64,000 bases of DNA from Candidatus Micrarchaeota archaeon (GCA_016212505.1 JACRGB010000028.1:9537-73536); one strand, 5' to 3'. Counted from the first letter of the stretch, positions 1 to 9,094 are shown. Notes: a model not told the origin generated them from the sequence alone. Translations and numbers: made by a program.

Positions 1-91
1 CAACAGAAGAACTTGGAAAACTGATAGAGAAAAATTGTGGCGGACAAATAAGGACAGAAGTACTTGATGGAAATAAAATGGAAATTGAAAT

Positions 92-535
92 CTAGGGCTT
101 TTTAGAAAGTTTTTTCAGGCAACTAACAGCTCCTTCTTTTCTTTCCCATGGAACCAGAATATGATCATGGTAATATGCAGAAAACACGTTGCACGGGATA
201 TTTTCTTTTGCCAAAACTTCGGAAACCTTTGCATTCATGCCAACAGCAAGAAGATCAGAATGAATATTAAGAGTTATTATGGCAAAGGGGCCAAGAACTT
301 CTTTGGAACTCATTTGGCTCATATGATCTACAATTTCTCCAGTAAATAGCAGCGTCAATCCTTCATTTTCACGATAAATTGCTTTGATATAATTAAGATA
401 AGCAACCAACCCGCCTAAATATTCCTGCTCTATTGTAGCAATAAAATATTTTTCTTCTCCTAGTACAGGTGAGAGGTTTTTGAGGAGTTTTTTGAGGTTA
501 TTGATTCCGGCCATAAAAGTAGTATTAGCAGGCAA
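92..535 (-). CDS. ACT-domain (ACT_7-like) ligand-binding protein
   Basis: 147-aa ORF. The C-terminal segment NVFSAYYHDHILVP is typical of stand-alone ACT_7-type proteins. Motif recognition only. Confidence 0.5.
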   Translation of the reverse strand: MPANTTFMAGINNLKKLLKNLSPVLGEEKYFIATIEQEYLGGLVAYLNYIKAIYRENEGLTLLFTGEIVDHMSQMSSKEVLGPFAIITLNIHSDLLAVGMNAKVSEVLAKENIPCNVFSAYYHDHILVPWERKEGAVSCLKKLSKKP

Positions 536-585
536 AATAAATAATTATAGATAGGTTTTTATGCGGTTTTATATAATGGTAAATT

Positions 586-1578
586 ATGAGGAGACTTATT
601 GAACCAACAAAGCAGCAGTTCCAAATACGATTCGACTTTGGAAGACACCTTACTTTAGAAGATGCTGCAAGCCTTAGGGCCAGATTCAATGCATTTAAGC
701 CTCAGATTTATGTCAAGGAACAGGGAGATATGCGAGAAAGCGAAAGGCTTGAAGAAACAATTGCTAGGAATGCTGCGTATAAAGCGGTTAGTAGAAGTCC
801 AAGTAAAAGAAGAAAGTTCTTAGCAGATGTTAGTGAACAACATAAAGGGTCTCCCATAAGGGAATTTGTTGTTGAGGAAGATGCAGTTCTTAGCCAAGGA
901 ATCCAAAAGACAATATATTTTGTCGAAGGGTACTCTCCTGCACAAATAGTTACCCATGGAAGAGCCTTTAGGAAAGCTTTGACGACAGATCCTCAAATAA
1001 TAAAATATTTATTCGAAGGAAAAATAACTGAAGTATTACATTTAAATGAGACCACACTTCGCGATTACACCCAAAGTCTGGTTATTGAGAGAAACAGTCG
1101 AATCATCAACGGCTTTGAAATGATGCTTATGGAGCTTCCAGAACTTGTTCTTAACATACATTTGATAAAAGAAATAAGGGTATTCGTAAGATATGGAGCA
1201 GTTCATGGTGCCATAGTACCAAAGGTAGCGGCTATGGGATTTGACGCAAGACTCTTAGATGATGCTCCCCCATCATTAGAAATAGATGAAAGGTTGATGT
1301 TGCAGATTAGCTTTGATGAAGGAAGAATATTAACTGATGCTGAGAAGATTCAACTTACATTCACCGACTTATATAAGAAATTGCTTCAACCTTCCATGGA
1401 AAGAACGCACACTGAACGTGTAAGAAAGCTTGAACTAGCATATCAAAAAGTTGGTGGCGAAAGCGGATTTTTAGAATTAGTCAGATCGGTTGCTGCACAG
1501 AGTACCGATGAGGCAATGTTCGAAAAACTATTGACAGATTCACTAATACCAATAAAAGAAGCCGTAGAAAAATCATAA
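586..1578 (+). CDS. hypothetical protein (no recognisable domain)
   Basis: 330-aa uninterrupted ORF, divergent from the ACT gene, with an AT-rich TATA-like stretch upstream. No motif recognised. Confidence 0.55.
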   Translation: MRRLIEPTKQQFQIRFDFGRHLTLEDAASLRARFNAFKPQIYVKEQGDMRESERLEETIARNAAYKAVSRSPSKRRKFLADVSEQHKGSPIREFVVEEDAVLSQGIQKTIYFVEGYSPAQIVTHGRAFRKALTTDPQIIKYLFEGKITEVLHLNETTLRDYTQSLVIERNSRIINGFEMMLMELPELVLNIHLIKEIRVFVRYGAVHGAIVPKVAAMGFDARLLDDAPPSLEIDERLMLQISFDEGRILTDAEKIQLTFTDLYKKLLQPSMERTHTERVRKLELAYQKVGGESGFLELVRSVAAQSTDEAMFEKLLTDSLIPIKEAVEKS

Positions 1579-1589
1579 ACAGCGGCAGA

Positions 1590-1652
1590 TTACAGTAATT
1601 CTCCTCTTGCCTGCTCTATTTGTATCCTTCCGACATCTTGCTTTCTTCTGAA
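1590..1652 (-). pseudogene. orphan copy of the last 20 codons plus stop of the translin gene
   Basis: The minus-strand translation FRRKQDVGRIQIEQARGELL-stop is identical to the C-terminus of the translin ORF at 2108..2170. DNA identity is 51/63, with every difference synonymous. No upstream ORF continues it. Confidence 0.8.
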
Positions 1653-1659
1653 AATCAGC

Positions 1660-1878
1660 TTATGCAGGAGACACGAGTCTTTTACTTTTCATTATAACAT
1701 TGAGTATATCTAAGGCGGTTTTACTTGCATCGAGAATTTCTATCTCAATTGGCTTTCCATTTTTGGCATAATGGGTTATGATATTCTCTTTTTGCTCTGC
1801 AAAATCAGGCTTTTCAGTTCCTAATTTTATCAGAAGAATGTCGGATTGTGGATCATATTCATATTTCATAGCGCTCAC
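1660..1878 (-). CDS. DUF2283-family protein (putative antitoxin)
   Basis: 72-aa ORF. YDPQSDILLIKL followed by IEIEILDAS is the DUF2283 pattern. It overlaps the upstream DUF4258 gene by 20 nt. Confidence 0.65.
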   Translation of the reverse strand: MSAMKYEYDPQSDILLIKLGTEKPDFAEQKENIITHYAKNGKPIEIEILDASKTALDILNVIMKSKRLVSPA

Positions 1879-2095
1879 TCTTGGCCTTATATAGGGTTAT
1901 TACAGTTTTTATTCCTTCTTTTTCCTCTACAATAACTCGAAGCACATAACCGTTTATTTTCTTCTGGAAGATTTTACGATCTCCATAACTATCGGAAATC
2001 TTATCTGGATTTTCCAAACAGGATAACAACAAATCTTCTCTTATCAGATAGCGAGTCATGCGCTCAAGAGCGTGATTGATAATGACTAGTTTCAT
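1859..2095 (-). CDS. DUF4258-family protein (putative toxin)
   Basis: 78-aa ORF. The N-terminal INHALERMTRY..I motif and its size are typical of DUF4258. It is paired with DUF2283 as in known two-gene modules. Confidence 0.65.
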   Translation of the reverse strand: MKLVIINHALERMTRYLIREDLLLSCLENPDKISDSYGDRKIFQKKINGYVLRVIVEEKEGIKTVITLYKAKSERYEI

Positions 2096-2107
2096 TTAAT
2101 CACATAT

Positions 2108-2170
2108 CTACAAAAGTTCCCCTCTAGCTTGCTCTATTTGTATCCTGCCAACATCTTGCTTTCTACGGAA
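2108..2170 (-). repeat. functional copy of the 63-nt translin tail, a direct repeat of 1590..1652
   Basis: Aligns base-for-base with 1590..1652 at the same codon phase, with 12 synonymous differences. Confidence 0.8.
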
Positions 2171-2659
2171 ATCAGGCAGCACCGAGTTGGAGAAACGCAG
2201 CGGAAGCAATTCATCATATATTGCTTCCATAAGTTCAAAGTATTTTTCAGCCTCTTTCCGTTTATTTTTCCTGAGTGATTCGTACATTTCCCTTTTCAGT
2301 TCGCCAATAGAGTCAAGGAGTCCAAGAATATATGGGATTGCAGGAACCTTAAGTTCCTTATAGCCAGGAATTTTCTTTTGCTCAATTACACTAAGAACTA
2401 TGCATGCTTCTGAATATTCCTGAAAAACATGATCTAAATGAGCTGGAAAATCTTCCTGGAGCTTTACAAGTTTATCAAGCCCTTCCTTGGCTTCCTTAAG
2501 ACTTTTTTTACCCTCAACCAGGTCGTGGGAATGCATTGCTTTGATCGCATTGGAGCAACAACGGACAATTTTGCGGTTCTCTGCCATTACGGTATCGAGA
2601 TTTTTTTCATCTTCAAACAGTTTTTTTTCAATATCTTTTATTCCGAGGTTAAGTGCCAT
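2108..2659 (-). CDS. translin-family protein
   Basis: 183-aa ORF, helical, with the RRKQDVGR...RGEL C-terminal signature seen in archaeal translin homologues. Confidence 0.6.
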   Translation of the reverse strand: MALNLGIKDIEKKLFEDEKNLDTVMAENRKIVRCCSNAIKAMHSHDLVEGKKSLKEAKEGLDKLVKLQEDFPAHLDHVFQEYSEACIVLSVIEQKKIPGYKELKVPAIPYILGLLDSIGELKREMYESLRKNKRKEAEKYFELMEAIYDELLPLRFSNSVLPDFRRKQDVGRIQIEQARGELL

Positions 2660-2697
2660 GGGTTTTATTCACCTTTCAGCATCATTCACTTTTTAAT

Positions 2698-3411
2698 TCA
2701 CTTTTTAGTAAAACCAAAACTTTCGAAGAATTTCATTATCTGGGTAGGAAGAAGCCAGAGGTGGGTTGGGGAATCCTCAGAAGAAACATTAGTTGCAAGA
2801 GTTTGTAAGGTCCGTAGGTGCAGGGCTCCGGATATTGCAGATAATTTCTTTGCAGCATCTGAGTAGTTCTGGGCAGATTGGAATTCCCCTTCACTTAAAA
2901 TTATTGTTGCGCGTTTTTCCCGCTCTGCTTCTGCCTGCTTGGCCATAGCGCGTTTCATATCTTCAGGAAGTTCAATGTCCTGAAGCTTTATTGCAGAAAC
3001 ATCCACGCCCCAATCCTTAGTCTCTTCATCAACAAGCTTTTCTATTTCAATTGCAATCTTATCCCGATCTGCCAAAACAAAATCAAGCTCATTATTCCCG
3101 ACAACATCCCTTACTGCGGTCTGGGCATACTGGGCAATTGCAAAATTATAATCAAAAATTGCCATAACCACTTTTAATGGGTCAATAATTTTGTAATATA
3201 CAACAGCGGATATTTTCACTGGTACATTGTCCTTGGTTATTGCTTCCTGAGGCTGGATGGGGATGGTCTTGACACGCATATCCAGGGTGCGCAGATCATG
3301 GTAAAATGGTATGTTCCAGGCAAAGCCTGGCCCCACAACTGAATTGTATTTACCCCAAACGAACCGGACGCCTTTTTCATATTGGTTGATTATCGTAAAC
3401 ATAGTGATCAC
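2698..3411 (-). CDS. SPFH/Band-7 (stomatin/prohibitin-like) protein
   Basis: 237-aa ORF. SPFH core (ITKDNVPVKISAVVYYKI, AIAQYAQTAVRDVVG) followed by the AEAEREKRA coiled-coil tail. Confidence 0.85.
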   Translation of the reverse strand: MITMFTIINQYEKGVRFVWGKYNSVVGPGFAWNIPFYHDLRTLDMRVKTIPIQPQEAITKDNVPVKISAVVYYKIIDPLKVVMAIFDYNFAIAQYAQTAVRDVVGNNELDFVLADRDKIAIEIEKLVDEETKDWGVDVSAIKLQDIELPEDMKRAMAKQAEAEREKRATIILSEGEFQSAQNYSDAAKKLSAISGALHLRTLQTLATNVSSEDSPTHLWLLPTQIMKFFESFGFTKK

Positions 3412-4223
3412 TTCTTCTTTTTACTCTCAATTGTTTTATTATCGGTCTTTTTATCCTCGGCCTTTTTATCGTCAGAAACCTGCACGCCATCTATTGGCAG
3501 TATGAAATTCATAATATTAGTCTTATCAGCCGCCACACTTGAAATCATTTGCAACGTCCGTAGGTGTAATGCGCCTGGAGAGGCGCTAAGTATCTGCGCT
3601 GCTGCGGCAAGTTTCTCAGCAGCCATGCTTTCTCCCTCAGAAATTATAATTGATGCCCGCTTTTCCCGCTCAGCCTGAGCCTGCCGTGCCATTGCCTTTT
3701 TCATGGTGCCAGGCAGGCCAATATCCTGTATTTTTATCCCGATTATATCAACGCCCCATTCCTTTGCATGCTTATCTACTATCTCGGAAATAGACTGAGC
3801 GATTGATTTGCTATCGGTCAGCAGTTGATCGAGCGTCCTGCTTCCAACAACATCCCTTATTGCAGTTTGGCCGTGCTGATAGACTGCAGAGCGGTAATCC
3901 TGGACATTGAAAATCGCAATCTCTGGATTGACGATCTTGAAATATACCACCGCGTTTATGAATACGCTAACATTATCCTTGGAAAGAACTTCCTGTTTCG
4001 GTATATCGATTGTTTGTATTCGAAGATCAACAACACTCATTTGCTGGTAGAGTGGAATAATTACTTGAAGCCCACTATTTCGTAATCCTGAATATTTGCC
4101 TAAAGTTAGTACTAGCCCTTTTTGGTAATCATATATAACCCTGATAAAACCAGAAAGCAGGAAGAACACGCCCCCGAAAAAGAAGAGTGGGAGACAGCAG
4201 CTCAGCGTTTCAAAATCAACCAT
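3408..4223 (-). CDS. SPFH/Band-7 protein with N-terminal membrane anchor
   Basis: 271-aa ORF and paralogue of 2698..3411 (LSKDNVSVFINAVVYFKI, AQAEREKRA). Has an N-terminal TM segment and a 4-nt overlap with the downstream paralogue. Confidence 0.85.
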   Translation of the reverse strand: MVDFETLSCCLPLFFFGGVFFLLSGFIRVIYDYQKGLVLTLGKYSGLRNSGLQVIIPLYQQMSVVDLRIQTIDIPKQEVLSKDNVSVFINAVVYFKIVNPEIAIFNVQDYRSAVYQHGQTAIRDVVGSRTLDQLLTDSKSIAQSISEIVDKHAKEWGVDIIGIKIQDIGLPGTMKKAMARQAQAEREKRASIIISEGESMAAEKLAAAAQILSASPGALHLRTLQMISSVAADKTNIMNFILPIDGVQVSDDKKAEDKKTDNKTIESKKKK

Positions 4224-4274
4224 AGCTATCCTTTGAAGGCTTAAAGTTAAAAAGCTGCAAGCAAAACATTTAGC

Positions 4275-4958
4275 ATGAAGATTGTACTTTCAATAGGTGG
4301 AAGCTCGATAAACCCTAAGGGCGAGCCGGATCTTGATTTTCTTAAGAAAATGGCTCACCTGATTAAGGAATCCAAGAATGAATTTGGGTTAGTCAGCGGT
4401 GGGGGCTCTACGGCAAGGGCCTATGCAAATGCCGCCAGGACACTTGGTGCAAGCGAATACGAAGCGGATAATGTCGGCATAGTTTCTACAAGACAAAACG
4501 CACAGCTGCTGGTTGCTGCACTTAAGGGTGCTGGAGTGGACGTTTCCAAGACGGTTTTCACTGATTTTGACCAAGCAAAGCTGGTAACAAATAAGGTAGT
4601 TGTTATGGGCGGAACCATTCCAGGGATAACTACGGATACGGACGCAGTTTTGCTCGCTGAAGCAATTGGAGCAAAAAGATTGGTAAATATCAGTAATGTA
4701 AGCGGTATTTACAATCGCGATCCAAGGAAAAACAAAAATGCAAAAAAATTCGATAAGATGACTTATGATCAATTGATTAGTCTTGCTGCCAAAAACGACG
4801 GAAGGACTGCAGGAACGCATTTTGTGTTTGATATGCTTGCATGCAAATTGATTGCACGGTCAAATATTGAGACTCATTTTGTAGATGGCCGGAATATGCA
4901 TGATATAAAGAACTCGATCGAAGGAAAAAAGCATAGCGGAACGGTTGTTGGGAAATAA
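4275..4958 (+). CDS. pyrH: UMP kinase, archaeal type
   Basis: 227-aa ORF. KIVLSIGGS and GGGSTARAY amino-acid-kinase motifs, with length typical of archaeal PyrH. Confidence 0.85.
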   Translation: MKIVLSIGGSSINPKGEPDLDFLKKMAHLIKESKNEFGLVSGGGSTARAYANAARTLGASEYEADNVGIVSTRQNAQLLVAALKGAGVDVSKTVFTDFDQAKLVTNKVVVMGGTIPGITTDTDAVLLAEAIGAKRLVNISNVSGIYNRDPRKNKNAKKFDKMTYDQLISLAAKNDGRTAGTHFVFDMLACKLIARSNIETHFVDGRNMHDIKNSIEGKKHSGTVVGK

Positions 4959-5534
4959 CTATTCTTTTTCCAGCCTATCAAGCACCTGGCAGATCCGATC
5001 CATTTTTGATAAGATTTTTTCATTTGAAAAGTCAGAGACACCGAAATAAGAACTAGCAAAAACAGCGCTAAATTCTAGTTCTGGTTCATTTGGCGCAATT
5101 TTCTTATCTTTTCTAGGGCTTTCCACAAAAATAAGATAATCTTCCCAATTTTCATAAGGATTAATGGAGCGCAGAACTGAGAAAAGTCCAATGCGAAACT
5201 CCCTTTGCTTATAGAGTCCTTTCCAAACCTTAACTTCAAAGCCTCGTCTTTTAGATATTATTGGAAGAGTAAATTGAGTAGAAGTGAGAATGAAATTATT
5301 TTCATCTGCAAATTTGCTAATAATACTTGACCAGTAATTCAAAGATTCTTTGTTTTTTTGAACAAGAATGGCTAGTGCTACAATGCAAAAAAGTAAAAAG
5401 AGGGCTAAAAAGTAAATATCGTAGAACTGATACTTTGCGGCGGCAACATACAAAATGAAAAGAACAACTGCAATTAAAATTAAGATTGTTTGTAGGCGCT
5501 TGACAGCTGGAATCTGACTAGCCGGCTTTTCCAT
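4959..5534 (-). CDS. hypothetical membrane protein (2 TM)
   Basis: 191-aa ORF with two clear hydrophobic helices, packed directly downstream of psmA. Confidence 0.45.
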   Translation of the reverse strand: MEKPASQIPAVKRLQTILILIAVVLFILYVAAAKYQFYDIYFLALFLLFCIVALAILVQKNKESLNYWSSIISKFADENNFILTSTQFTLPIISKRRGFEVKVWKGLYKQREFRIGLFSVLRSINPYENWEDYLIFVESPRKDKKIAPNEPELEFSAVFASSYFGVSDFSNEKILSKMDRICQVLDRLEKE

Positions 5535-5535
5535 A

Positions 5536-6261
5536 TTATCCCTTCAGATATTTCGAAATCTCCTTATCGTTTAGTGCCACATATTTCTTTGTTTTTGTTG
5601 AAATGTGGGTGATTTCGATATTTTCAGGCTGCAGCTTCTCTTCATGGGTTGCTCGAATAGCATCAAGTGCCAGTTTTATTGCCTCTTCAAGAGTAATGCT
5701 GTCCTTATAGCCTTTTTCCAGAATCTCATCAACTTCTTTTTTGCTTGAACCGATTGAGTCAGCCTTGTATGCAGTCATAGCGCCGCTTGGCTCAGCCTCA
5801 AAGAGCTTTGGCCCTTGCGAGTCAACACCGGCCAAAAGAAGTGAAACACCAAAAGGACGGATACCGCCATATTGTGTATATGCCTGCATAACATCGCAGA
5901 CACTTCTTGAAATAGAATCAACTGTCGGGACTTCATTATAGGTTATACGATGCTTTTGCGCATCTACCCTCGCGGTATCAACAAGCCTTCGGACATCAGC
6001 AATAAGCCCGCTTGCAGTTACACAGATATGGGAATCGATTGGGAATACTTTTTTGAGCGATTCCGGAACGATCAATTTCGAGTGGATTGCCTTAAACGCA
6101 ACTAGTGCAACGCCGTCTTTTGCTACAATGCCAACTGCAGTTGCTCCTCTTTTCACTGCTTCTTTTGCATATTCTACCTGGAACAATCTTCCATCTGGAC
6201 TAAATACTGTTATTGCCCGATCATAAGCCTGGGGGGATACTCCGTACATAATACACCTCAA
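5536..6261 (-). CDS. psmA: proteasome subunit alpha
   Basis: 241-aa ORF with the YDRAITVFSPDGRLFQVEYA alpha-subunit signature. Confidence 0.95.
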   Translation of the reverse strand: MRCIMYGVSPQAYDRAITVFSPDGRLFQVEYAKEAVKRGATAVGIVAKDGVALVAFKAIHSKLIVPESLKKVFPIDSHICVTASGLIADVRRLVDTARVDAQKHRITYNEVPTVDSISRSVCDVMQAYTQYGGIRPFGVSLLLAGVDSQGPKLFEAEPSGAMTAYKADSIGSSKKEVDEILEKGYKDSITLEEAIKLALDAIRATHEEKLQPENIEITHISTKTKKYVALNDKEISKYLKG

Positions 6262-6339
6262 TAGAATTCCGATATTAAATAATCAGATACATAGCTCGCT
6301 GATATTTAAATGCTTTTGCTATGGTCAAATAAATTGCCA

Positions 6340-6555
6340 TCAATGATTAGTTTTATTTATTTTCCTTTCGAATCTTTTGCTGATTTCGTTTTTTATTTTG
6401 TGCCCTATTCGTTCTGCATCTTCTTCAGTTAACTCACTCTTTTCGAGTAACTTATCCATCCATTTAAGTTCTTCATCGCGTTGTGAATCCGAACCATGCT
6501 TTCTGGACATTTCGGAAATCTCTCTTGTGGCCTTCTTGGTTGTGTTTTTTGACAT
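6340..6555 (-). CDS. small highly charged hypothetical protein
   Basis: 71-aa ORF abutting the htpX stop codon (6556) on the same strand. No motif recognised with confidence. Confidence 0.4.
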   Translation of the reverse strand: MSKNTTKKATREISEMSRKHGSDSQRDEELKWMDKLLEKSELTEEDAERIGHKIKNEISKRFERKINKTNH

Positions 6556-7467
6556 TCACATCGCCCTCAGTCTTTTTATCCGCTCATCGATCTGCGGATG
6601 CGTTGCGAAAAGGAACCCGATCTTATCCGGAAACGGGTTGCTAAAATAAAGCGGCGCGGTAGTATCATTTGCTGTTTTTGTCGGAATAGCGGCTTTTTTT
6701 ATTTTTTCAAGGGCGCTCGCAAGCCCAGCAGGATAGCGGGTAATCCTTGCACCATTCGCATCAGCCAGAGATTCACGCTCGCGCGATAGGGCAAAACGGA
6801 TAATTTCTGCAAAAATCGGGGCAAGGATGATAAAAACAAGGCCGATAAGGATCAGGATCCCGCCCCCTCCTTTGCGGTTGCTGCTGCTCCCGCCGCCAAT
6901 TCCAAAACGCATCATACGCCAGACAAACTCGCCCATGAGCGCAATTGCGCCGGCAAATATTATTGCAACCATTGCAAAACGAATATCATAATTGCCGATA
7001 TGAGAAATCTCATGCGCAAGGACCCCTTCGAGTTCCTCGCGGTTCATAATCGCAAGTAAGCCAGTAGTCACTGCAACTGAAGAATGCTGCGGGTCGCGGC
7101 CAGTGGCAAATGCGTTTGGGCTTGGGTCATTTACGATATAAAGCTTGGGCATTGGCATCTGCATTGCGAGTGATAGGCCTTCAACGACATTATAAAGAAA
7201 CGGATAGTCTTCTTTTTTTGCCTCTTTGGCACCGCCAAGGCCGAGTACCAGTTTATCCCCTGTGTAATACATTATCAGGGCATAAATGGCAAAGAAGAAA
7301 CAGCCGATAATGATCATCACCAACGGGTCAAGGTCCAAAATGAAAGAAAACGCGATTAGGCTAAATAAAAAAAGAACCAGCATGGCAAAAACAAAAATAA
7401 TGGAATTGCGCTTGTTGGATTCTATTGCATCGAAAAAGCTTATGTGATTAAACCGCTCGTCCGCCAT
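6556..7467 (-). CDS. htpX: HtpX-like M48 zinc metalloprotease
   Basis: 303-aa ORF. HEISH (HExxH) motif, four TM helices and a Gly-rich loop between TM3 and TM4. Confidence 0.9.
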   Translation of the reverse strand: MADERFNHISFFDAIESNKRNSIIFVFAMLVLFLFSLIAFSFILDLDPLVMIIIGCFFFAIYALIMYYTGDKLVLGLGGAKEAKKEDYPFLYNVVEGLSLAMQMPMPKLYIVNDPSPNAFATGRDPQHSSVAVTTGLLAIMNREELEGVLAHEISHIGNYDIRFAMVAIIFAGAIALMGEFVWRMMRFGIGGGSSSNRKGGGGILILIGLVFIILAPIFAEIIRFALSRERESLADANGARITRYPAGLASALEKIKKAAIPTKTANDTTAPLYFSNPFPDKIGFLFATHPQIDERIKRLRAM

Positions 7468-7480
7468 TTTATCAACAAAA

Positions 7481-8047
7481 CTAATCGAACTTGACCTTCA
7501 CTGGTGCCTTTTCAGCTTCTGCCACTTCGAAGTATTTGTTTCTAGCAAAACCAAACATGTTTGCAAAGATGCTGCTTGGAAACTGGTCGCAAGAGGTATT
7601 ATACTCGAGGACCGAATCATTGTATGCCGTCCGGATGTAGGAAATCTTGTTCTCTGTCCCGATCAGTTCATCCTGAAGGGCCTTGAAATTCTCATTAGCC
7701 GCAAGTTTTGGATAGTTTTCTGAAACTGCAAAAATTGATTTAAGCGCCTGGCTGAGCATATTATTTGCCTTTGCCCGGTCCTCTACCGAACCGCTCACAA
7801 GTTGCGCACGATATTTTGTAACATTTTCAAGAATTGATTTTTCATGCTTCATATAACCTTTAACCGATTCAACAAGGTTCGGGATAAGGTCGTATCTCCT
7901 TTTGAGCTGGACATCTATCTGAGCCCAGGCATTATTTACGCGGTTACGTAGGGTAATAAGGCGATTATAGGTCATAACAACGTAAAGAATTCCACCGATA
8001 ACGACTAATCCGACACAACCAATTATTGCAAGATCAAACACTGCCAT
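7481..8047 (-). CDS. LemA family protein
   Basis: 188-aa ORF with an N-terminal TM helix and the NAWAQIDVQLKRRYDLIPNLVE LemA signature. Adjacent to htpX, as is common. Confidence 0.9.
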   Translation of the reverse strand: MAVFDLAIIGCVGLVVIGGILYVVMTYNRLITLRNRVNNAWAQIDVQLKRRYDLIPNLVESVKGYMKHEKSILENVTKYRAQLVSGSVEDRAKANNMLSQALKSIFAVSENYPKLAANENFKALQDELIGTENKISYIRTAYNDSVLEYNTSCDQFPSSIFANMFGFARNKYFEVAEAEKAPVKVKFD

Positions 8048-8086
8048 ATAAATTTTTCACCATAGAAAAAATACAGGAAACATTTT

Positions 8087-8353
8087 TTAATCTGAGGCAT
8101 TATTTTCAAGAAAACTCCTGACGAATAAGTTCCAGGTATCTTCAGAAAGGTCAAATTCCAGCCTCTTGCGCTTGGATTTATGCCCGGAAACAATCCGGAC
8201 ACCACATTCCAGGCGCTTTTCCAGTTCCTTAACCAGTTCCAAATTCGCCTTATTATTTTCAGCAGCGCTTCTTAGGAAAACCTTGACCTTATTGTCCTTT
8301 AAGGAGATAGAAAATCTGCCGGATTTTGGAACAACAGTGATATCGGCAATCAT
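8087..8353 (-). CDS. DUF167 (YggU-like) protein
   Basis: 88-aa ORF with the VVPKSGR..., ENNKANLELVKELEK and VSGHKSKRKRLE pattern of DUF167. Confidence 0.7.
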   Translation of the reverse strand: MIADITVVPKSGRFSISLKDNKVKVFLRSAAENNKANLELVKELEKRLECGVRIVSGHKSKRKRLEFDLSEDTWNLFVRSFLENNASD

Positions 8354-9030
8354 TTTGAACCCGCGATCAGTTTTTCAAGCTGAGTTTTATCATAGTATCC
8401 AGGATAGAGAGAATCGTTTATTACGATAGATGGGTAGCTGGTTACTCCATACTGATTTTTCAGCGCATCAGCAACCGGGCTTCCAAGATCCCCGTCAAAA
8501 GAGAACAGTTTAACTTTTACTTTTTTGTCTAAAAGCTCATCCCTTGCCTTTAGTATTTCAGCACCCTGGTCATTGCATTTGGCGCAGTTTGAATTGGAAT
8601 AAAAGTTGATTAGCAAGACCGAATTTTCATTGCAAAGGGTTTTGACCTTCTTTGAAAGAAAATAGGACTGCGCTTCGAGAAGGAAATATTGTTTTTTAAG
8701 ATCATTATCATAAAGGTGCTTAACATCTTCAAGGTAGCTAAGGCGGTATCCAACATCTTCAACCTGATGGTCAATTGCACTTAGTTGGGAAAGATAAACC
8801 GGACAAAAGGAGGTTGCCGAAGAGGCATTGTTTTGAGTACTATCAGCAAGAAGAAGAAGCTGAACCGAAGCCATTTGCTGTGAAAGAGCAGAAATGTCCT
8901 TTGAGATATCGGTTTTAGAGGAAGAGTCGACGATCTGACCCACATATATCCCTAAAAGAAACATTACAATAGATAGGGCCAATGCAACTCCATATATTGA
9001 CCAGGACATTTTTCTTTCCAAAGATATCAC
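8350..9030 (-). CDS. membrane-anchored thioredoxin-fold protein (CxxC)
   Basis: 226-aa ORF with an N-terminal TM anchor. CAKC motif followed by the GVTSYPSIVIN cis-Pro-like loop. Confidence 0.5.
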   Translation of the reverse strand: MISLERKMSWSIYGVALALSIVMFLLGIYVGQIVDSSSKTDISKDISALSQQMASVQLLLLADSTQNNASSATSFCPVYLSQLSAIDHQVEDVGYRLSYLEDVKHLYDNDLKKQYFLLEAQSYFLSKKVKTLCNENSVLLINFYSNSNCAKCNDQGAEILKARDELLDKKVKVKLFSFDGDLGSPVADALKNQYGVTSYPSIVINDSLYPGYYDKTQLEKLIAGSK

Positions 9031-9036
9031 CGCAGA

Positions 9037-9091
9037 TCATTTATCAGTCATCTATCAGTCAGTTACCGATCATTTACTAGTATTTACCTGA
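9037..9091. repeat. five imperfect 11-bp tandem repeats (consensus TCATTTAYCAG)
   Basis: Units tcatttatcag, tcatctatcag, tcagttaccga, tcatttactag and tatttacctga, head to tail. They lie immediately upstream of the 8350..9030 gene start. Confidence 0.7.
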
Positions 9092-9094
9092 CGC

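Noticed and set aside
3-95. An open frame running in from the left window edge to TAG at 93-95 (..TEELGKLIEKNCGGQIRTEVLDGNKMEIEI).
   Set aside because: Only 30 codons are visible and no motif is present. It is probably the 3' end of an upstream gene but cannot be identified.
9037-9091. Short tandem repeats considered as a CRISPR-like or minisatellite array.
   Set aside because: The units are 11 bp and contiguous with no spacers, and no cas genes are present. This is a promoter-proximal tandem repeat, not a CRISPR array.
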